Part shown: positions 6,960 to 17,284 of the stretch, in pieces
Numbering within the stretch: the stretch's first letter is position 1
Layout: every line of letters begins with the position of its first letter
Virus record (IMG/VR): IMGVR_UViG_3300034060_000182
Location: 4,049 to 68,048 of that record
Reading direction: 5' to 3' (one strand)
Length of the DNA stretch: 64,000 bases
DNA from: a virus
Made by a program: the position numbers and the translations under genes
Notes under the pieces: generated by a model
The model's database searches: none
Told to the model about the DNA's origin: nothing
What the model saw: only the letters and a program-made list of their open reading frames with translations

Positions 6960-8336
6960 ATGGCAATTAATTTTTTAAATAGCATAAACCTCAATCAAAA
7001 CGAGTTAATAAAAGCTAGGATTGAGAATCAACCAAATAACACAGCAGCTGGAACAGGTGTAGAGGGACAACTTTACTACGATACTACTTTAGATGTATTA
7101 AAAGTTTGGGCAAATGGTGCTTGGGTAGAAGTAGGAGGAGGAGTTACTTCTTTTACGGCTACAGATGGTACGTTTATAAACCTAACGCCTAACACCACAC
7201 AAGGTGGAGCAGCTACATTAACAGCTGATCTTAGTGCTACTGGAACTCCAGATAGTACAGTATATCTTCGAGGAGATAATACTTGGTCTCCTATAGCCGC
7301 AATTCCTGGTACATACACTTGGTCTATTCAAGGTGGAACTGGTGGACCAACTACTGTAAGCTCTGGAACAAACATAACATTTGCAGGTGGTACAAACGTA
7401 ACTACTTCTTTAGTAGGTAATACGTTAACAATAAACGCAAGCAACGCAAACATTACATTGACAGGAGAAGTAACTGGATCAGGTACAACTTCTATATCTA
7501 CTACTGTAGCTAATAATGTTTTAGACATTGATAACTTTACTACAGCTACAATCGTAACTGCAGCAGAAGGAATTCCAAACAACGATAACGATACAACGTT
7601 ACCTACTAGCGCCGCTGTTAAAGCGTATGTCGATGCTTCTGTAGCAGGTGGTTTAATATATCAAGGTGGATATAATGCTTTTACAAATACTCCAAACTTA
7701 GACTCACCTCCAACAATCGCTGGTATAAAAAGAGGTTGGACATATACAGTTACAGCAGATGGTCTTTTCTTTACAGAGCAAGTTAGAGTTGGCGATGTAT
7801 TAATTGCTGAGATTGATACACCTACAACATTAACTGATTGGACTGTAGTTCAAAGTAATATTGATCTAGCTAGTTTAACTCAAGTAGGTATTGGTAATGT
7901 GAATTCATTTGGCGGTGGAATTGGTGTTACTTATTCTAATGGTACGGCTTTTGTTTCAAACCTTGATGGAGGTTCTTCTCAGAACATATTTAAAAATATT
8001 GCAGTAGGTGGTCAAAACACTATTATAGCTGATTCTAACAACGATACGTTAACTTTCTTATCAGGAACAGGTATAACACTTACTACAAATGATACAACAG
8101 ACACAATTACGATTACAGCTACACCAGCCGTAACTAATTATGCTACTACAATATCAGTTACATCGACTGTAACACATAACCTAAACACAAAAGATGTTAA
8201 TGTACAATTATATGATACAGTTACATTTGAAACAATATTCACAGACGTTGCGCGTCCAACAGTTAATACACTTACAGTAACGTTCGCAACGGCACCAACC
8301 AACCCTATTAGAGTATTAGTAACGAAGGTTGGATAA
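6960..8336 (+). CDS. Tail fibre/whisker protein
   Basis: Thr/Gly-rich; PTSAAVKAYVD and VTHNLNTKDV motifs. Confidence 0.7.
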   Translation: MAINFLNSINLNQNELIKARIENQPNNTAAGTGVEGQLYYDTTLDVLKVWANGAWVEVGGGVTSFTATDGTFINLTPNTTQGGAATLTADLSATGTPDSTVYLRGDNTWSPIAAIPGTYTWSIQGGTGGPTTVSSGTNITFAGGTNVTTSLVGNTLTINASNANITLTGEVTGSGTTSISTTVANNVLDIDNFTTATIVTAAEGIPNNDNDTTLPTSAAVKAYVDASVAGGLIYQGGYNAFTNTPNLDSPPTIAGIKRGWTYTVTADGLFFTEQVRVGDVLIAEIDTPTTLTDWTVVQSNIDLASLTQVGIGNVNSFGGGIGVTYSNGTAFVSNLDGGSSQNIFKNIAVGGQNTIIADSNNDTLTFLSGTGITLTTNDTTDTITITATPAVTNYATTISVTSTVTHNLNTKDVNVQLYDTVTFETIFTDVARPTVNTLTVTFATAPTNPIRVLVTKVG

Positions 8337-8353
8337 TTTAATCCAAATTTAAT

Positions 8354-11300
8354 ATGAGTCAAAAATTTAAAAGTGACATAGAACTCCAAGCGGGTCTGAG
8401 GGATTCTTCAGGCTCCAATGGGACTTCAGGACAAATACTATCTTCGAACGGTTCAACAGTTAGTTGGATTGCTCAAGGTTCTTCAATTGCTAGTGATGTT
8501 CAGAACCTAGTCAAAGCGGGTGTCGCTATAAACAAAGGACAAGCTGTATATGTAACAGGTGCTGACGGAACAAATATAATTGTAGGTAAAGCGTCTAACA
8601 CGTCTGAAGCTACATCATCAAAAACTTTAGGTTTACTTAATGCAACTGTAGCTATTAATGGTATGGCTGACGTTGTACAGATAGGTAGATTAGCTGGATT
8701 AAATACAATCGGAGCTATAGTAGGTGATCCAGTATGGTTAGGCACAAATGGTAATCTTATTTATGGATTAATAAATAAACCTTATGCACCTGCGCATTTA
8801 GTTTTCCTTGGTATTGTTACTAGGGTAAACTCAAATAACGGAGAGATATTTGTAAACGTACAAAACGGATTTGAACTTAATGAAATACACGATGTTGACT
8901 TAAAAACAAATGTTCCTGTAAACGGAGATATACTTGGTTATAACGGCACACTGTGGGTTAATAAAACAATTGCTGGTTGGTTAGGGTATACACCTCAAAA
9001 CGCGGCAACAGCTATTACTACATCGAATATAGGATCACAATCTGTTAATTATGCTAATACAGCAGGATCAGCAGGTAGTGTTGATTTTAATAACTTAACT
9101 AACAAAACAGGAGGTACTGGAACATATCAAACTAGTGGTGACTTTAGAGCACCTATATTCTACGATTCAGATAACACTGGGTATTATGTAGATCCAAACG
9201 GAAGTAGTAATTTAAACGTAGTAACTGGAAATGAATTTTATAATTATGGTTGGTTTAGAAACTACAACAGTAATACAGGTTTATATAATCAAGCTAATGG
9301 AAATCATATATATTCAATAGGAGGAGCAAGATGGGGCATAACAGGCAATGGAGCTGGCTCAACTATTTATCTTGATTTTTATGGTAATTATCAAACAACA
9401 TACAGAGGTTCTATTCACGCAGATACTAATAGCTCAATTGGATTTTTAACAAATGATCAAGGTTGGGGACTTAGAGTAGAGACTAATAAGAATGTTCATA
9501 TTCATGGCACTACACTTTATATTAGTGCAGATGGGCAAAATTCTTCAAACATCATAATGAGAGATGGAGATGAAGGAGATAGACAAATACACTGCAACTC
9601 AAATAGAATTGGATTCTTAACGGCAGGCGGAAGTTGGGGTTCTTGGTGTGAAGACAATGGAGCCTGGAGCACACAGACAGCTATGTATTCTCCAATATAT
9701 TACGACTATGATAACACCGCATATTATGTAGACCCATCAGCTACTAGTAATCTTGTTGGACTAACTGTTACAAATACAATAACTGGCAATATATCTGGCA
9801 CTGCCGGAAGTTTACTTAGTTATCAAAGTAACTGGGCAAGTACACCAGCCAAAGATAATGTTGTAGGTTTATTAGGTTGGAAAAACTATGGTAATAGTCA
9901 TGTGATATTTGATGCTTCAGCATCCACTACACCAAGTGGAACGGCTTGTAATAATGCAAATGCACAAGTTGTTTGGTCTAGCACATATCCAACATTAATG
10001 GGTTGGAATGGAGCTAATACTTATGGAGTTAGAGTCGACAGCGCAAGAATAGCTGATAGTGCTACTTCTGCAGGAAGTGTTGACTTTAACAACTTAACAA
10101 ATAAAACAGGTGGAACAGGTACATATCAAACGTCTGGTGATTTTAGAGCACCTGTATTTTATGACAGTAATAATACTGCATATTTTTTAGATCCTAATAG
10201 TAATTCAAATATAACTACGTTAGCGTTAAACGGCAATGATAATCAATTAATGATTAATGCTCCAATTAATGGTGCTGCTGGCATTTTTTATAACGAAAAC
10301 GGAAACCTTAAATGGGAAACTTATCATTTCCAAGGAGCGTTTAGATTCTATAATTATACTACAGCTCAAGAAGAACTTAGTTTAAATAACTCTGGAGGTT
10401 TCTTAAGTGCTAGAACATCAATGAGAGCACCTATATTTTATGATTCTGACAATACAGGATATTATTTAGATCCAGCAGGTAGCTCACAATTAAGTACCGT
10501 AAGTCTTTCAGCTGGAGCTAAACTGCATCTTGTTAGTCTTTCTGATCCCAACCACTATTTACGATACCAAAATGCTGGATTCAGCGGGGTGACAATTGAC
10601 GGACCACAACTAAGTGGTCATCAAGGCGGAGAACTGGCAACTAATTTAGGTGGCGACAACTGGAGTCTGCGTTGGGACTACAGCGGTAACACGTTCTCAA
10701 GAACTAGTTCTAGGTCACCTATATTCTACGATTCAGATAACACAGCATATTACGTAGACCCATCAGCAACAAGTAATCTTGTAGGTTTAACAGTAGCAAA
10801 TACAATAACTGGTAATATAACAGGTTCTGCTAGTTTTGCTGACGATGCAAATTTTGCTAATGTCGCTGCAACTGCCAATATTGCTGAACAAGCCAGAAGG
10901 ATTGATAATCCAAATAGAACAAACTTTACAGTAGGAGGTAACGCAAGTACTTTTTACCCTGTAGCTATTTATACTGGAGCAAGCGCAACAGATAAACAGT
11001 ATGCTGAATTCATGATAGAAAGAGGTGGTTACGAAGATCCTGGATTTACTGGTGTTGGGTTTAGTACGTTTAATGCTAGATTCTCATTTAAACCTACAGG
11101 TTGGGGTTATGGAGCAAGTTATTTTAATTTAGAGCAATTAACATCAACAACAACCTGCCTTGGTAATTATATTGATCAATATGAATCTTCTCAAGCTATA
11201 ATATGGTTACGTGGCGGAACGACATATTGGATATATTCTATAGTAGGTAATATTACTATGGTGTATGCTAATTCAGCTGGAGGTGATTATGTGATGTCAT

Positions 11301-12277
11301 ACGGTACTTATACACCAATAACATCTCCAGTAGCAAAAGCACAATATGCTAAATATCAAGACAGTACTATGCTAGTTCAAGGTTCTTTATTGTCTGGTAC
11401 AGATATGAAAGCTCCTGTCTTCTACGATAGTAACAACACTGGTTATTATTTAGACCCAGCTAGTACATCTGTTTTATCTGCAATAGATACAGGTAACGTT
11501 GGAGCATATAATAGATTTAGAACTTGGACAGAATTAACCGGATCTCATGGATTTTATTCTAGTATTAACCAAGCACATATTTATCCAAACAACAGTAGTT
11601 ATGGATCTTGGAAAATAGAAGGAAGTAGAAATGGATGGGCAGGTATAGAAATGCAGTATGGATCAAATGGTAACGTTAGTTTTATGACTAATAGTACTTC
11701 TGGAGAATCTGGTATGCATAATAATTCTAACGGTTGGCAAATGAGATGGACTTCTGGTGGCTTATTTAGTGGCACTGGTGCTTATGGTGGTGGCGAACAA
11801 AGAGTTCTTAACGAAAATCAATGGATAAATAGTAAATACTTCGACAGTGGTGGAAGAATTTATGGTACAGTATTCATGGATGCTAATGACTCCGCTTTCT
11901 ATTTTGATGGTAGCGATACAGGTGATTCAATTAGAGTAGCAGGTGACATTGTAGCATATTACTCTGACGAAAGACTTAAAGACAAGAAAGGTAATATAGA
12001 AAATGCTTTAGATAAAGTGTTATCATTAAACGGTTTTTATTACGAACCAAACGAAAAAGCACAAGCTTTTGGATATAAGAAAAAACTAGAAGTTGGTTTA
12101 TCAGCACAGGAAGTTGAAGCGGTATTACCAGAGATAATTAAAGACGCACCAATAGGACACGGATATAAAACTCTTGATTATGGTAAATTAACACCTCTAT
12201 TGATAGAAGCAATAAAAGAACAACAACAACAAATAAACGATTTAAAAGAATTAGTAAATAAATTAATAAATAAATAA
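8354..12277 (+). CDS. Long tail fibre with C-terminal intramolecular chaperone (peptidase S74)
   Basis: Repeated APIFYDSDNTGYYxDP junctions; YSDERLK...GLSAQEVEAVLPE...LIEAIKEQQ. Confidence 0.9.
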   Translation: MSQKFKSDIELQAGLRDSSGSNGTSGQILSSNGSTVSWIAQGSSIASDVQNLVKAGVAINKGQAVYVTGADGTNIIVGKASNTSEATSSKTLGLLNATVAINGMADVVQIGRLAGLNTIGAIVGDPVWLGTNGNLIYGLINKPYAPAHLVFLGIVTRVNSNNGEIFVNVQNGFELNEIHDVDLKTNVPVNGDILGYNGTLWVNKTIAGWLGYTPQNAATAITTSNIGSQSVNYANTAGSAGSVDFNNLTNKTGGTGTYQTSGDFRAPIFYDSDNTGYYVDPNGSSNLNVVTGNEFYNYGWFRNYNSNTGLYNQANGNHIYSIGGARWGITGNGAGSTIYLDFYGNYQTTYRGSIHADTNSSIGFLTNDQGWGLRVETNKNVHIHGTTLYISADGQNSSNIIMRDGDEGDRQIHCNSNRIGFLTAGGSWGSWCEDNGAWSTQTAMYSPIYYDYDNTAYYVDPSATSNLVGLTVTNTITGNISGTAGSLLSYQSNWASTPAKDNVVGLLGWKNYGNSHVIFDASASTTPSGTACNNANAQVVWSSTYPTLMGWNGANTYGVRVDSARIADSATSAGSVDFNNLTNKTGGTGTYQTSGDFRAPVFYDSNNTAYFLDPNSNSNITTLALNGNDNQLMINAPINGAAGIFYNENGNLKWETYHFQGAFRFYNYTTAQEELSLNNSGGFLSARTSMRAPIFYDSDNTGYYLDPAGSSQLSTVSLSAGAKLHLVSLSDPNHYLRYQNAGFSGVTIDGPQLSGHQGGELATNLGGDNWSLRWDYSGNTFSRTSSRSPIFYDSDNTAYYVDPSATSNLVGLTVANTITGNITGSASFADDANFANVAATANIAEQARRIDNPNRTNFTVGGNASTFYPVAIYTGASATDKQYAEFMIERGGYEDPGFTGVGFSTFNARFSFKPTGWGYGASYFNLEQLTSTTTCLGNYIDQYESSQAIIWLRGGTTYWIYSIVGNITMVYANSAGGDYVMSYGTYTPITSPVAKAQYAKYQDSTMLVQGSLLSGTDMKAPVFYDSNNTGYYLDPASTSVLSAIDTGNVGAYNRFRTWTELTGSHGFYSSINQAHIYPNNSSYGSWKIEGSRNGWAGIEMQYGSNGNVSFMTNSTSGESGMHNNSNGWQMRWTSGGLFSGTGAYGGGEQRVLNENQWINSKYFDSGGRIYGTVFMDANDSAFYFDGSDTGDSIRVAGDIVAYYSDERLKDKKGNIENALDKVLSLNGFYYEPNEKAQAFGYKKKLEVGLSAQEVEAVLPEIIKDAPIGHGYKTLDYGKLTPLLIEAIKEQQQQINDLKELVNKLINK

Positions 12278-12282
12278 AAATT

Positions 12283-12660
12283 ATGGAATACACTTGGGCA
12301 GTAACAGATATGAAAACAATTGACGCTGATGGCGTTGAAAATGCTGTAGTACAAACTTATTGGACAAAAACAGGTACAGATGAAAATGGTGATCAAGGCG
12401 TGTTTGCAGGAGCAACACCTTTTCCTTTAACATCTATTGATCCTGAAAAATTTATCCCTTACGATCAATTAACAGAAGCTGAAGTTATCGCTTGGATTCA
12501 AGCAGTAGTCGTTGGGTCTTATGAAGAACATGTTAACGCTCAGATTGAAAAACAAATTGAAGCTAAAAACATCCATGATCCAGGTTTACCTTGGGGAACA
12601 CCTCCAACTCCAACACCTACTCCACCTGAACCAGTTGTTGAAGCAAAAGTAAAAAAATAA
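12283..12660 (+). CDS. Putative fibre assembly/accessory protein
   Basis: FIPYDQLTEAEVIAW motif; follows the S74 fibre. Confidence 0.55.
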   Translation: MEYTWAVTDMKTIDADGVENAVVQTYWTKTGTDENGDQGVFAGATPFPLTSIDPEKFIPYDQLTEAEVIAWIQAVVVGSYEEHVNAQIEKQIEAKNIHDPGLPWGTPPTPTPTPPEPVVEAKVKK

Positions 12661-12664
12661 TACC

Positions 12665-13099
12665 ATGGCTTTACCTACTAGCGGACCATTAAGTTTTTCA
12701 ATGATAGCAGGTGAGTTAGGAACTGAAACACCTAACTCATTGAGAGCTATGTCTAGCGCTGTTGGGTTTTCAGAACCTGACTATGTAAGTGAATTTTATG
12801 GGTATGGTCCAGGCGGAGGATTGACTTTATTTTATATAACTGATCAAAAGGGTAGTTCTGAGGAAATTTGTAATGACAATCCATCATGTTGTACACAAGC
12901 TTGGCATAATGGATCTAATCCTTTACCTGATGTTGGTGATTTTGTATATGCTGACGTAGCTGGAACATCACCATTAACGTACAACAGACGTAGTCCATAT
13001 CGTGGAATTCAAACAGGTGAATGTGATCCAGCATATATTTGGATGATAGTAAGTACTTTTAATAATGGAGAAGTAGCAGTTACTGGATCGTGCTTTTAA
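12665..13099 (+). CDS. Putative fibre-tip adhesin
   Basis: MALPTSGPLSFSMIAGELG N-terminus typical of distal fibre proteins; Cys-rich C-terminal domain. Confidence 0.55.
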   Translation: MALPTSGPLSFSMIAGELGTETPNSLRAMSSAVGFSEPDYVSEFYGYGPGGGLTLFYITDQKGSSEEICNDNPSCCTQAWHNGSNPLPDVGDFVYADVAGTSPLTYNRRSPYRGIQTGECDPAYIWMIVSTFNNGEVAVTGSCF

Positions 13100-13121
13100 T
13101 TAAAAAATAAATTAATAAATA

Positions 13122-13319
13122 ATGAGTAATAAAGAAAAAGTAGATCTGTTTTTAAATAAATGGGTTAGTAGAAAATTAACTGTGTTTGTAATTGCTTCAG
13201 CAGGATTATTTTATGGAAATCTTACATCTACTGATTGGGTTATTGTTGCAACTTCTTATATAACAATAGAAGGAGTTACAAATATTGTTGAACGTCTAAT
13301 GAAAACTAAAAATGTCTAA
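13122..13319 (+). CDS. Putative holin
   Basis: 65 aa, SRK followed by two hydrophobic segments, upstream of the endolysin. Confidence 0.6.
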   Translation: MSNKEKVDLFLNKWVSRKLTVFVIASAGLFYGNLTSTDWVIVATSYITIEGVTNIVERLMKTKNV

Positions 13320-13485
13320 CACGGATCTTAAACTTTACACGCTAAATAGTATAACTATGGCATTAAGCTTTTCAAACTTAGAAAATACTTTAAAAATAAT
13401 GTTGTTAATAACATCGATATTTTACACTATTCTAAAAACAGTAGAAACACTAAGAAACAAGAAAAATGACAACAAAACAGATTAA
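13312..13485 (+). CDS. Second small membrane protein (holin/antiholin), 57 aa
   Basis: Hand-translated MSNTDLKLYTLNSITMALSFSNLENTLKIMLLITSIFYTILK...; overlaps both neighbours. Confidence 0.6.
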   Translation: MSNTDLKLYTLNSITMALSFSNLENTLKIMLLITSIFYTILKTVETLRNKKNDNKTD

Positions 13486-13930
13486 ATCTAAATATGGTGA
13501 GCCTAATGTAATTGGAGAGAACTATTTAGTAACAATAATGTTACCTTATCCGATGCGTTTAGCTTGGGACAATGACACTGTTGTAACAAAGATGAGATGT
13601 CACAAATTAGTTTCTGGTAGATTTTTAGCAGTGTTTAATGAAATACACAGAGTATATGGTTATGCTAAAATAAAAGAACTAGGAATTGATTTGTTTGGAG
13701 GTTGTTTTAATTATAGAAAAAAACAAGGAGGCACAAGTTTATCTATGCACGCTTGGGGAATAGCCGTTGATTTAGATCCAGTTAGAAACCAATTGCACGA
13801 AACACATAAAACAGCAAGGTTTGCAAGGCCAGAATATAAAGCTATGATTGATATATTTTACAAGCATGGGTTTATATCTTTAGGTAGAGAAAAGAATTAC
13901 GATTGGATGCATTTTGAAATAAAAGAATAA
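13466..13930 (+). CDS. Endolysin, peptidase M15 family
   Basis: FNYR...SMHAWGIAVD...DWMHFE zinc ligands. Confidence 0.9.
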   Translation: MTTKQIKSKYGEPNVIGENYLVTIMLPYPMRLAWDNDTVVTKMRCHKLVSGRFLAVFNEIHRVYGYAKIKELGIDLFGGCFNYRKKQGGTSLSMHAWGIAVDLDPVRNQLHETHKTARFARPEYKAMIDIFYKHGFISLGREKNYDWMHFEIKE

Positions 13931-13934
13931 AACT

Positions 13935-14399
13935 ATGAAATATATTTTAATATTATTATCTACATTGTTTTTTGCCTGTGGTGCAAGAAAAGTAAACAAA
14001 CAAGAAAAAGTAGAAGAAAAAACAACAGTAGAAGTTGTAACGAAAAAAGACTCAGTAATTGAAGTTGTTAAAACAGAGATTAAATATGATGTAGAAACAC
14101 ACGAAATAGAAGTAACCGCAATTGATTCAACAAAAGAATTTGTAGTTGAAGGAAAGAAGTATTTTAACGCGCGTATTAAGATCAAAAAGAAAAAAGACAA
14201 CACTATATACTCTGAAGACAATAAAGTGTCTAAAACAAGCTTAGAACAGTCTAAAACAGTAGTTAAAGAACTTAAGAAAGATAAAGTTAAAACAGTTGAT
14301 AAAAAAGCTAGTTATGCTTGGATCTCGTGGTTATTGATTTTATTATTAATACTTTATACAATATGGAGAAATAGAAGAAGACTCATTGGTTTATTGTAA
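13935..14399 (+). CDS. Unimolecular spanin
   Basis: Lipoprotein signal ending FFA-C, beta-rich middle region, C-terminal TM helix and basic tail; follows the endolysin. Confidence 0.75.
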   Translation: MKYILILLSTLFFACGARKVNKQEKVEEKTTVEVVTKKDSVIEVVKTEIKYDVETHEIEVTAIDSTKEFVVEGKKYFNARIKIKKKKDNTIYSEDNKVSKTSLEQSKTVVKELKKDKVKTVDKKASYAWISWLLILLLILYTIWRNRRRLIGLL

Positions 14400-14420
14400 A
14401 AGTTACAAAAAACGAGTGAT
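14395..14420 (+). promoter_or_regulatory. Class-2 promoter
   Basis: TGTAAA-N13-GAGTGAT upstream of groEL. Confidence 0.6.
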
Positions 14421-14452
14421 ATATACAATATATAAATTTAATCAAATAAAAA

Positions 14453-15997
14453 ATGTCAGAAGCAATAGTTAAAAATCTAAGTTTCGGTACCGAAGCTAGT
14501 GAGAAAGTATTTGAAGGAATAAAGAAACTAACAATGGCTGTTAGTTCAACACTAGGTGCTAGTGGTAAGTGTGTTCTTTTAGAAGATCAGTTTGGAAAAC
14601 CAGTTATAACAAAAGATGGTGTTACAGTAGCTGACTCTATAATTCTATTAGATCCTGTTGAAAACATGGGAGCAACACTATTAAAAGAAGCTGCTAGAAA
14701 AACAGTAAGAGAAGCAGGTGATGGTACAACTACCGCGACTGTTCTTGCTCATGCTATTTTAAAGAACGCTTATGCTGTTGAAAATCCAAATGCTAGAAAA
14801 ATTAAAGAAGGTATAAACAAAGCTGTTGATAAAGTTATAAAATACCTTGAAGACATATCTATAACCGTAGAAGGTGATATGTTAGATCAAATTGCAACTA
14901 TATCAACTAATAACGACCCGGAACTAGGTAAGTTAGTTGGAGATGCTTTTAGATCTGTAGGAAACACAGGGATAGTTATGATGGAAACATCTGCTGATCC
15001 AGAGTGTAGTCTACAAGTAGTTGAAGGAGTTCAATGTGATATGGGATTAACAAACTCTCATTTCATTACTAATCAAAAAAACAAGACGGCAGAACTAGAT
15101 AATCCATTAGTATTACTAATAGAATCTCCAGTAGATAGTATAAGACAGATACAGTCTGTTTTAGAATACGTGATAAAAAATAATAAATCATTGCTTATAA
15201 TTGCAGATTTAGACCAAGTGGTTTTATCTACATTAGCTATGAATAAATCAAAAGGTAACATAAAGGTAAACGTTATAAACGCTCCTACTTTTGGTGTTAA
15301 TAGAAAAGAAATATTTGATGATTTAGCTTTGTTAACTGGAGCTACTTTAATCAACGAAGATCTAGGAGATGACTTAGATTTAATACAACCAGAATTACTA
15401 GGTACTTGTTTAAAGAGTATTACTAATCATGAAGAAACAATACTTCACGTGGAAGAGAGTTCTGAAGAAATATTAAATATTATAGATGATATTAAAAAAT
15501 CATTACTAGAAAAGAATAGTAGTAATACTGTTATTAAACTAGAAAAAAGATTAGCACGTTTAACAGCTAAGATTGCTGTTGTAAAAGTTGGTGCTAATTC
15601 TGAGATAGAACTAAAAGAAAAAGCAGATAGAATAGAAGATGCAATCTGTGCTACAAAAGCTGCTATTAAAGAAGGTATTGTGCCAGGTGGAGGAATCGCT
15701 TTATTAAACGCTGCTCATAGTATAGATAGTTTTTCTGATGGTGAAGAAATATTACTAAATTCAATTAGAGCACCTTTTAATACAATATTAGATAACGCTG
15801 GAATAGAATATGCACCATTAGAATCATTTTCAAAGATTGGATATGGTCTTGATGTAATAACAGGTAAAACTGTTAACATGATTGATGCAGGAATTATTGA
15901 CCCTTTATTAGTTACTAAAAGTGCTTTAAGAAACGCTGCTTCTGTAGCTACTACCATATTATCAACTGATTGTGTAATTAATAATTTAAGAGCATAA
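14453..15997 (+). CDS. groEL: Chaperonin Cpn60
   Basis: ITKDGVTVA, AGDGTTTATVLA, EGIVPGGG, GIIDP; no GGM tail. Confidence 0.97.
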   Translation: MSEAIVKNLSFGTEASEKVFEGIKKLTMAVSSTLGASGKCVLLEDQFGKPVITKDGVTVADSIILLDPVENMGATLLKEAARKTVREAGDGTTTATVLAHAILKNAYAVENPNARKIKEGINKAVDKVIKYLEDISITVEGDMLDQIATISTNNDPELGKLVGDAFRSVGNTGIVMMETSADPECSLQVVEGVQCDMGLTNSHFITNQKNKTAELDNPLVLLIESPVDSIRQIQSVLEYVIKNNKSLLIIADLDQVVLSTLAMNKSKGNIKVNVINAPTFGVNRKEIFDDLALLTGATLINEDLGDDLDLIQPELLGTCLKSITNHEETILHVEESSEEILNIIDDIKKSLLEKNSSNTVIKLEKRLARLTAKIAVVKVGANSEIELKEKADRIEDAICATKAAIKEGIVPGGGIALLNAAHSIDSFSDGEEILLNSIRAPFNTILDNAGIEYAPLESFSKIGYGLDVITGKTVNMIDAGIIDPLLVTKSALRNAASVATTILSTDCVINNLRA

Positions 15998-16257
15998 TGA
16001 GAGCGATAGGTAAAACACTACTGATAAAGAAAATAAAAGAAGGTACTACTGAAACAAAAGGAGGACTTCTATTAGCCGAAAACCATAGAGAAGATATTAG
16101 ATATGTAGAAGCTGTAGTTTGGAAAGTAGGAGACGAAGTAGTAGGTATAAAAGAAAACGATCATATATTCTTTGATAGACATGCTGGACATAAGATTGAA
16201 CCAGATAAAGAAACATATTATGTAATTAAGGTAACTGATGTAGTTGTAGTATTATGA
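15997..16257 (+). CDS. groES: Co-chaperonin Cpn10
   Basis: ETKGGLLL mobile loop and VGDEV motif; coupled to groEL. Confidence 0.9.
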   Translation: MRAIGKTLLIKKIKEGTTETKGGLLLAENHREDIRYVEAVVWKVGDEVVGIKENDHIFFDRHAGHKIEPDKETYYVIKVTDVVVVL

Positions 16258-16709
16258 CGAGAATAGAACCTACTGATATAAAGAAAATAGGTCTATTAAA
16301 GCATTACAGAATAATAAGAAAATGGGCTTGTAAAAACAATGGTTTATCCGACGCAGATTTAGAGTTATTGATTTACCTTGACTGTATGGAGTTTTTTACA
16401 AAACAAGATTTTAAAACAGGTACTTATACATATAGTTGGAATAATAGGCGCTGGAACAATTTGTTAAAAGAAGGTTGGATAACGGTTTGGAGAGAACGAA
16501 ACCATACAACTCAGAAATACAATATATATAAAGTTTCTTTCAAGTGCAAACAGCTAATAAGTAAAATGTACCGTATAATGTTAGGTATAGAAGATATACC
16601 AACAAGTCATAGAAACTCAATAATGAGTGGTAAAACATATACTGACACAGTAATGATTACTGCTATAGAAAATACAAACAAAGATAAAACAAGAAACAAT
16701 GGATTTTAA
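16254..16709 (+). CDS. Putative winged-helix protein
   Basis: GLSDADLELLIYL...LLKEGWI...YKVS, MarR-like pattern. Confidence 0.5.
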   Translation: MTRIEPTDIKKIGLLKHYRIIRKWACKNNGLSDADLELLIYLDCMEFFTKQDFKTGTYTYSWNNRRWNNLLKEGWITVWRERNHTTQKYNIYKVSFKCKQLISKMYRIMLGIEDIPTSHRNSIMSGKTYTDTVMITAIENTNKDKTRNNGF

Positions 16710-17043
16710 AACTAAAAATAGCCCAATGAAACAAAGTATTGTAGATCCTTCTATGATGCAACCAGACAATATGGATCCTATGCAAACTCCTTATGGTCAA
16801 GTTAGAAGTATGAAACCTGGATTACAATATAACAACATAAACCCAAAAGCCATTAGTAACCAAGACACAGTACAAGGTGTTATGGGTAAACCAATGATGA
16901 ATACTCCGTTTATGCAAATGACAGATCCTTTGACTGGGCAATCGATAGATCCTACTATGGATCAATCAACAAATCAACCTGTTATGCCACCAGCTGGAGT
17001 TCAAACGAGCATTACACCTGGTTACGGGTTAAACAACTACTAA
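16699..17043 (+). CDS. Low-complexity Met/Pro/Gln-rich protein
   Basis: SPMKQ and TPFMQ motifs. Confidence 0.65.
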   Translation: MDFKTKNSPMKQSIVDPSMMQPDNMDPMQTPYGQVRSMKPGLQYNNINPKAISNQDTVQGVMGKPMMNTPFMQMTDPLTGQSIDPTMDQSTNQPVMPPAGVQTSITPGYGLNNY

Positions 17044-17060
17044 CAGTAAAAAATAAGAAA

Positions 17061-17282
17061 ATGAATTTAAACGAAACAAAGCATCCTACTACGGTTTTTG
17101 ATAGAGAAGCTAAAATGTCTGGAGTTGGAGCAAACGCTCTTTGGAATGGTCCTTTTGACACAACTGGTTATCCAAAAGGAAAAGGATCTAGTTCTGGTAA
17201 AGACGGTATAAAACTTAGATTTGATGATCCTAAGCCTTGTGAATGTGGTGTTCCTATCACATCAAGAGCTAAAATGAGATAA
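17061..17282 (+). CDS. Hypothetical protein
   Basis: 73-aa ORF in the operon. Confidence 0.65.
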   Translation: MNLNETKHPTTVFDREAKMSGVGANALWNGPFDTTGYPKGKGSSSGKDGIKLRFDDPKPCECGVPITSRAKMR

Positions 17283-17284
17283 TC

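Noticed and set aside
9060-10830. Fibre repeats as DGR template/variable repeats
   Set aside because: The differences are synonymous and not adenine-specific, all copies are in frame, and no reverse transcriptase is seen.
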